NCBI GenBank assembly: GCA_043228905.1
Contig: JBHGNT010000022.1
Location: forward strand, 8,122,001 to 8,186,000
Origin: Azolla caroliniana
Lineage: Eukaryota > Plantae > Polypodiophyta
Direction of reading: 5' to 3'
DNA length: 64,000 nucleotides
In this document: piece after piece, positions 62,031-64,000 of the stretch
How positions within the stretch are numbered: position 1 is the stretch's first letter
Layout: the number at the start of each line of letters is the position of its first letter
Translations under genes and position numbers: made by a program
Notes under the pieces: model-generated
Databases searched by the model: none
What the model saw: the letters and a program-made list of their open reading frames with translations, nothing else
What the model was told of the DNA's origin: nothing

Positions 62031-63274
62031 TTCGGCCTCGGCCGAGTTTGCTCATCAACACTGTTCTTCTCCCTTCCCATCCGGAGGAACCTGTCTCCCA
62101 ACATACATTTCTCTGACTTCCGGTTGAGCTTCTGCCATTTTTCATTTGGGATGTGAACATACGCAATACTTCTCTGAGTTGCAAAAGGACGGACTTCCTT
62201 CCAACAAAGATCGTGTATGGAGTTAGCTCATTCACTCCATTAGTGGTGCACTGATTCATGAGATAGACGGAAGTGGAAGCCACTTTGGCCAAATAGAAAT
62301 TCGGCATGTGCTTCTCATGCAACATGGCATGTACTACCTTGAGTATGCCCCAATTCTTTCTTTCGGCTACTCCATTTTTTGGGTGTGTGTCGGCATGAGA
62401 ATTCTCTACGTATGCCTTCACATTGAAAGTAGGCGATGATTCGTCGGAGCAGTACTCCTTTCCTCCATCCGCTCGTAGGCATTGAATATGCCGACACGTT
62501 TCTTTCTCCAATTGGCTCTTGAGATTTTGGAAGTGGGAGAGCACTTCACTCTTCTTCTTCATCGGGAAGATCCATGTGTAGGTTAAGTAGTCGTTGATGA
62601 AGGTGACCTAATAACGACATCCTCCGATTGTTGACATTTTAGTTGGTCCCCATACATTTGACTGGATTAAGTCAAGGAGGCGTTTACTTATGTAGCTCTC
62701 CTTTGGAAAGGAGAGTCGATGTTGTTTGCCGAGTTGACATGCTTCACACACTTGGTCGACTTGCTTCTTTGGCTAAATTTTCCTTTCTTATTTCTGGTTC
62801 TAGTTCCTTGGCCGATTTATCTCTTTCTATCATTGTGTGTACCAACGTTGTGGCTTTTGTGGTAGCGTTAGCTACCGACTCCACTCCCAATTTGGGTTCG
62901 ACCTGTGTTGATGTCGCCATTACCAACGTTGTTGTGCCCATTTCCTAGTTTTTAGTTTTCGTGGCCTGCACCGGATCTAGTTGTGTCGTAACCGTGTCCG
63001 GCCTTATTGCTCCCAGCTCCGGAATTGAACATGCCATTTCCAACACCATTGTCTCCCCTCGGCCTGCCCCAACTTCTACCGCCTATGTTTTCCTAGCCAT
63101 GCACAATTCTTCCTCAAACTTCTTCGTGCGCTAATTGGCCTCCGTTCCATGCCTTGGCTACATAATCAACCACTTTTCGGAGACTAATATTTCTATCTTC
63201 CATATCCTTGGCTGCCCGGTGCACCTTTGAAAATTCTTTGGACATCTCGACTATGGAGATATCTATTGTGGAAG

Positions 63275-63855
63275 TGTTAAAATAACAATATATAACCAAA
63301 AATAATGCTATTAGATAGAGTAAGAAGGAGAGAGAAAACAACACCAGAATTTATTGAGGTTTACCCAATTAAATCTATGTCCTCCAAAGTAGCATGCTCT
63401 ATTAAGGTTGGAGAGAAGAATACAAAATTGAGGATGTAAAAACTAAGAGGAAGAGGAACGTATTTATAACTCCCAAACCACCTCCCCAAACTATGTGGGA
63501 TAAAGAATGGGCCAAAAAGTTAACAAACCTCCACCTTGGCACAATCTCTAATCCTTCCAAATACAAATCTTCTCAAGCAAACAAATAATAAAACAATCTA
63601 CTTTCAAATTTGCATCATGAGGCACCAACTTTAAATGTGTTGGATATTAACCAAGTCTAAAAAATGTTCAAACTTGGCCCTTGTAACCACTTTGGTCAGC
63701 ATATCTGCAGGATTCACCTTACTATCAATCTTCTGGAGAAGTATCTTAACTCTTCTAGAAATTCTGACACAAAGTGATAGCAAACATCAATGTGCTTCGT
63801 CCGTGAGTGACCGACTTGGTTCTTTGCTAAATGAATAACACTCTGACTATCAGAA
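63275..63855 (-). mobile_element. Copia 3' end (RNase H tail, PPT, 251-bp LTR 63275-63525)
   Basis: KIDSKVNPADMLTKVV; PPT AGGTGGAG; LTR termini TGTTAA...TTAACA. Confidence 0.75.
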
Positions 63856-64000
63856 TGTTGGGAATTCGGTCCCTCCTGATGGGATCCGGATGAGAACCGA
63901 AGGAGTCGGATCGGACGACCCGGATTAAGAAGCCAGATTCGGAAGGGTTTCGGATAAGATCCGAAAACCGGAACCAGTGAATCCGGTGCGAAACGGATCC
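63856..64000 (+). mobile_element. Start of another LTR, inserted into the preceding Copia RNase H
   Basis: TGTTGGGAATTCGGTCCCTCC resembles the Tork-like LTR start TGTTGGGAGACAGGTCCCTCC; CCGG-rich. Confidence 0.6.

Larger units (their letters stand above)
57460..62103 (-). mobile_element. Tnt1/Tork-like Ty1/copia lacking RT
   Basis: LTRs 57460-58265 and 61294-62103, TSD TACAT, PBS TGGTATCAGAGC, PPT; gag 60655-61323, PR WVVDSGAS, IN-RNase H ORF 58276-59514. Confidence 0.93.
56977..62760 (-). mobile_element. Copia integrase region (family of 18652-22458), split by the insertion at 57460-62103
   Basis: 56977-57450 matches 19390-19845 and 62109-62760 matches 19850-20485. Confidence 0.85.

Noticed and set aside
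62760-63270. Possible gene fragment (ORFs 62744-62941 and 63114-63344)
   Set aside because: No recognisable motif; probably decayed transposon sequence that cannot be assigned.

Overview
Eukaryotic, land-plant-type genomic DNA, most likely from a seed-free plant such as a fern (inferred from the retroelement types and intron structure, not proven). Two intact, paralogous two-exon family-1 UDP-glycosyltransferase genes (13396-14944 and 53486-55072, both +) sit about 38.5 kb apart, separated and flanked by deeply nested Ty1/copia and Ty3/gypsy LTR retrotransposons, L1 LINE fragments, solo LTRs and two MITEs. Two unusual elements stand out. (1) A decayed, spliced minus-strand gene at about 17315-24434 can be reassembled across GT-AG introns and a Copia insertion. 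It encodes a ParB/Srx-like domain fused to a prokaryote-type beta-class DNA amino-methyltransferase (N4mC/N6mA type), with the DIPY catalytic motif followed by NPY(Q)KP and DLFSGTG. (2) A large DNA transposon at the left edge has an HGKGxxDG (Sola2-like) transposase and a convergent RING-H2 cargo gene, and its apparent terminus resembles the TIR of a MITE with a 4-bp TSD at 47490-47786. Also noted: tRNA-like sequences inside three gypsy-type LTRs, a near-intact Copia with a C-terminal extension beyond RNase H, RT-less Copia derivatives, and LTRs carrying 54-bp hairpin arrays. All calls come from reading the sequence; no database searches were run.
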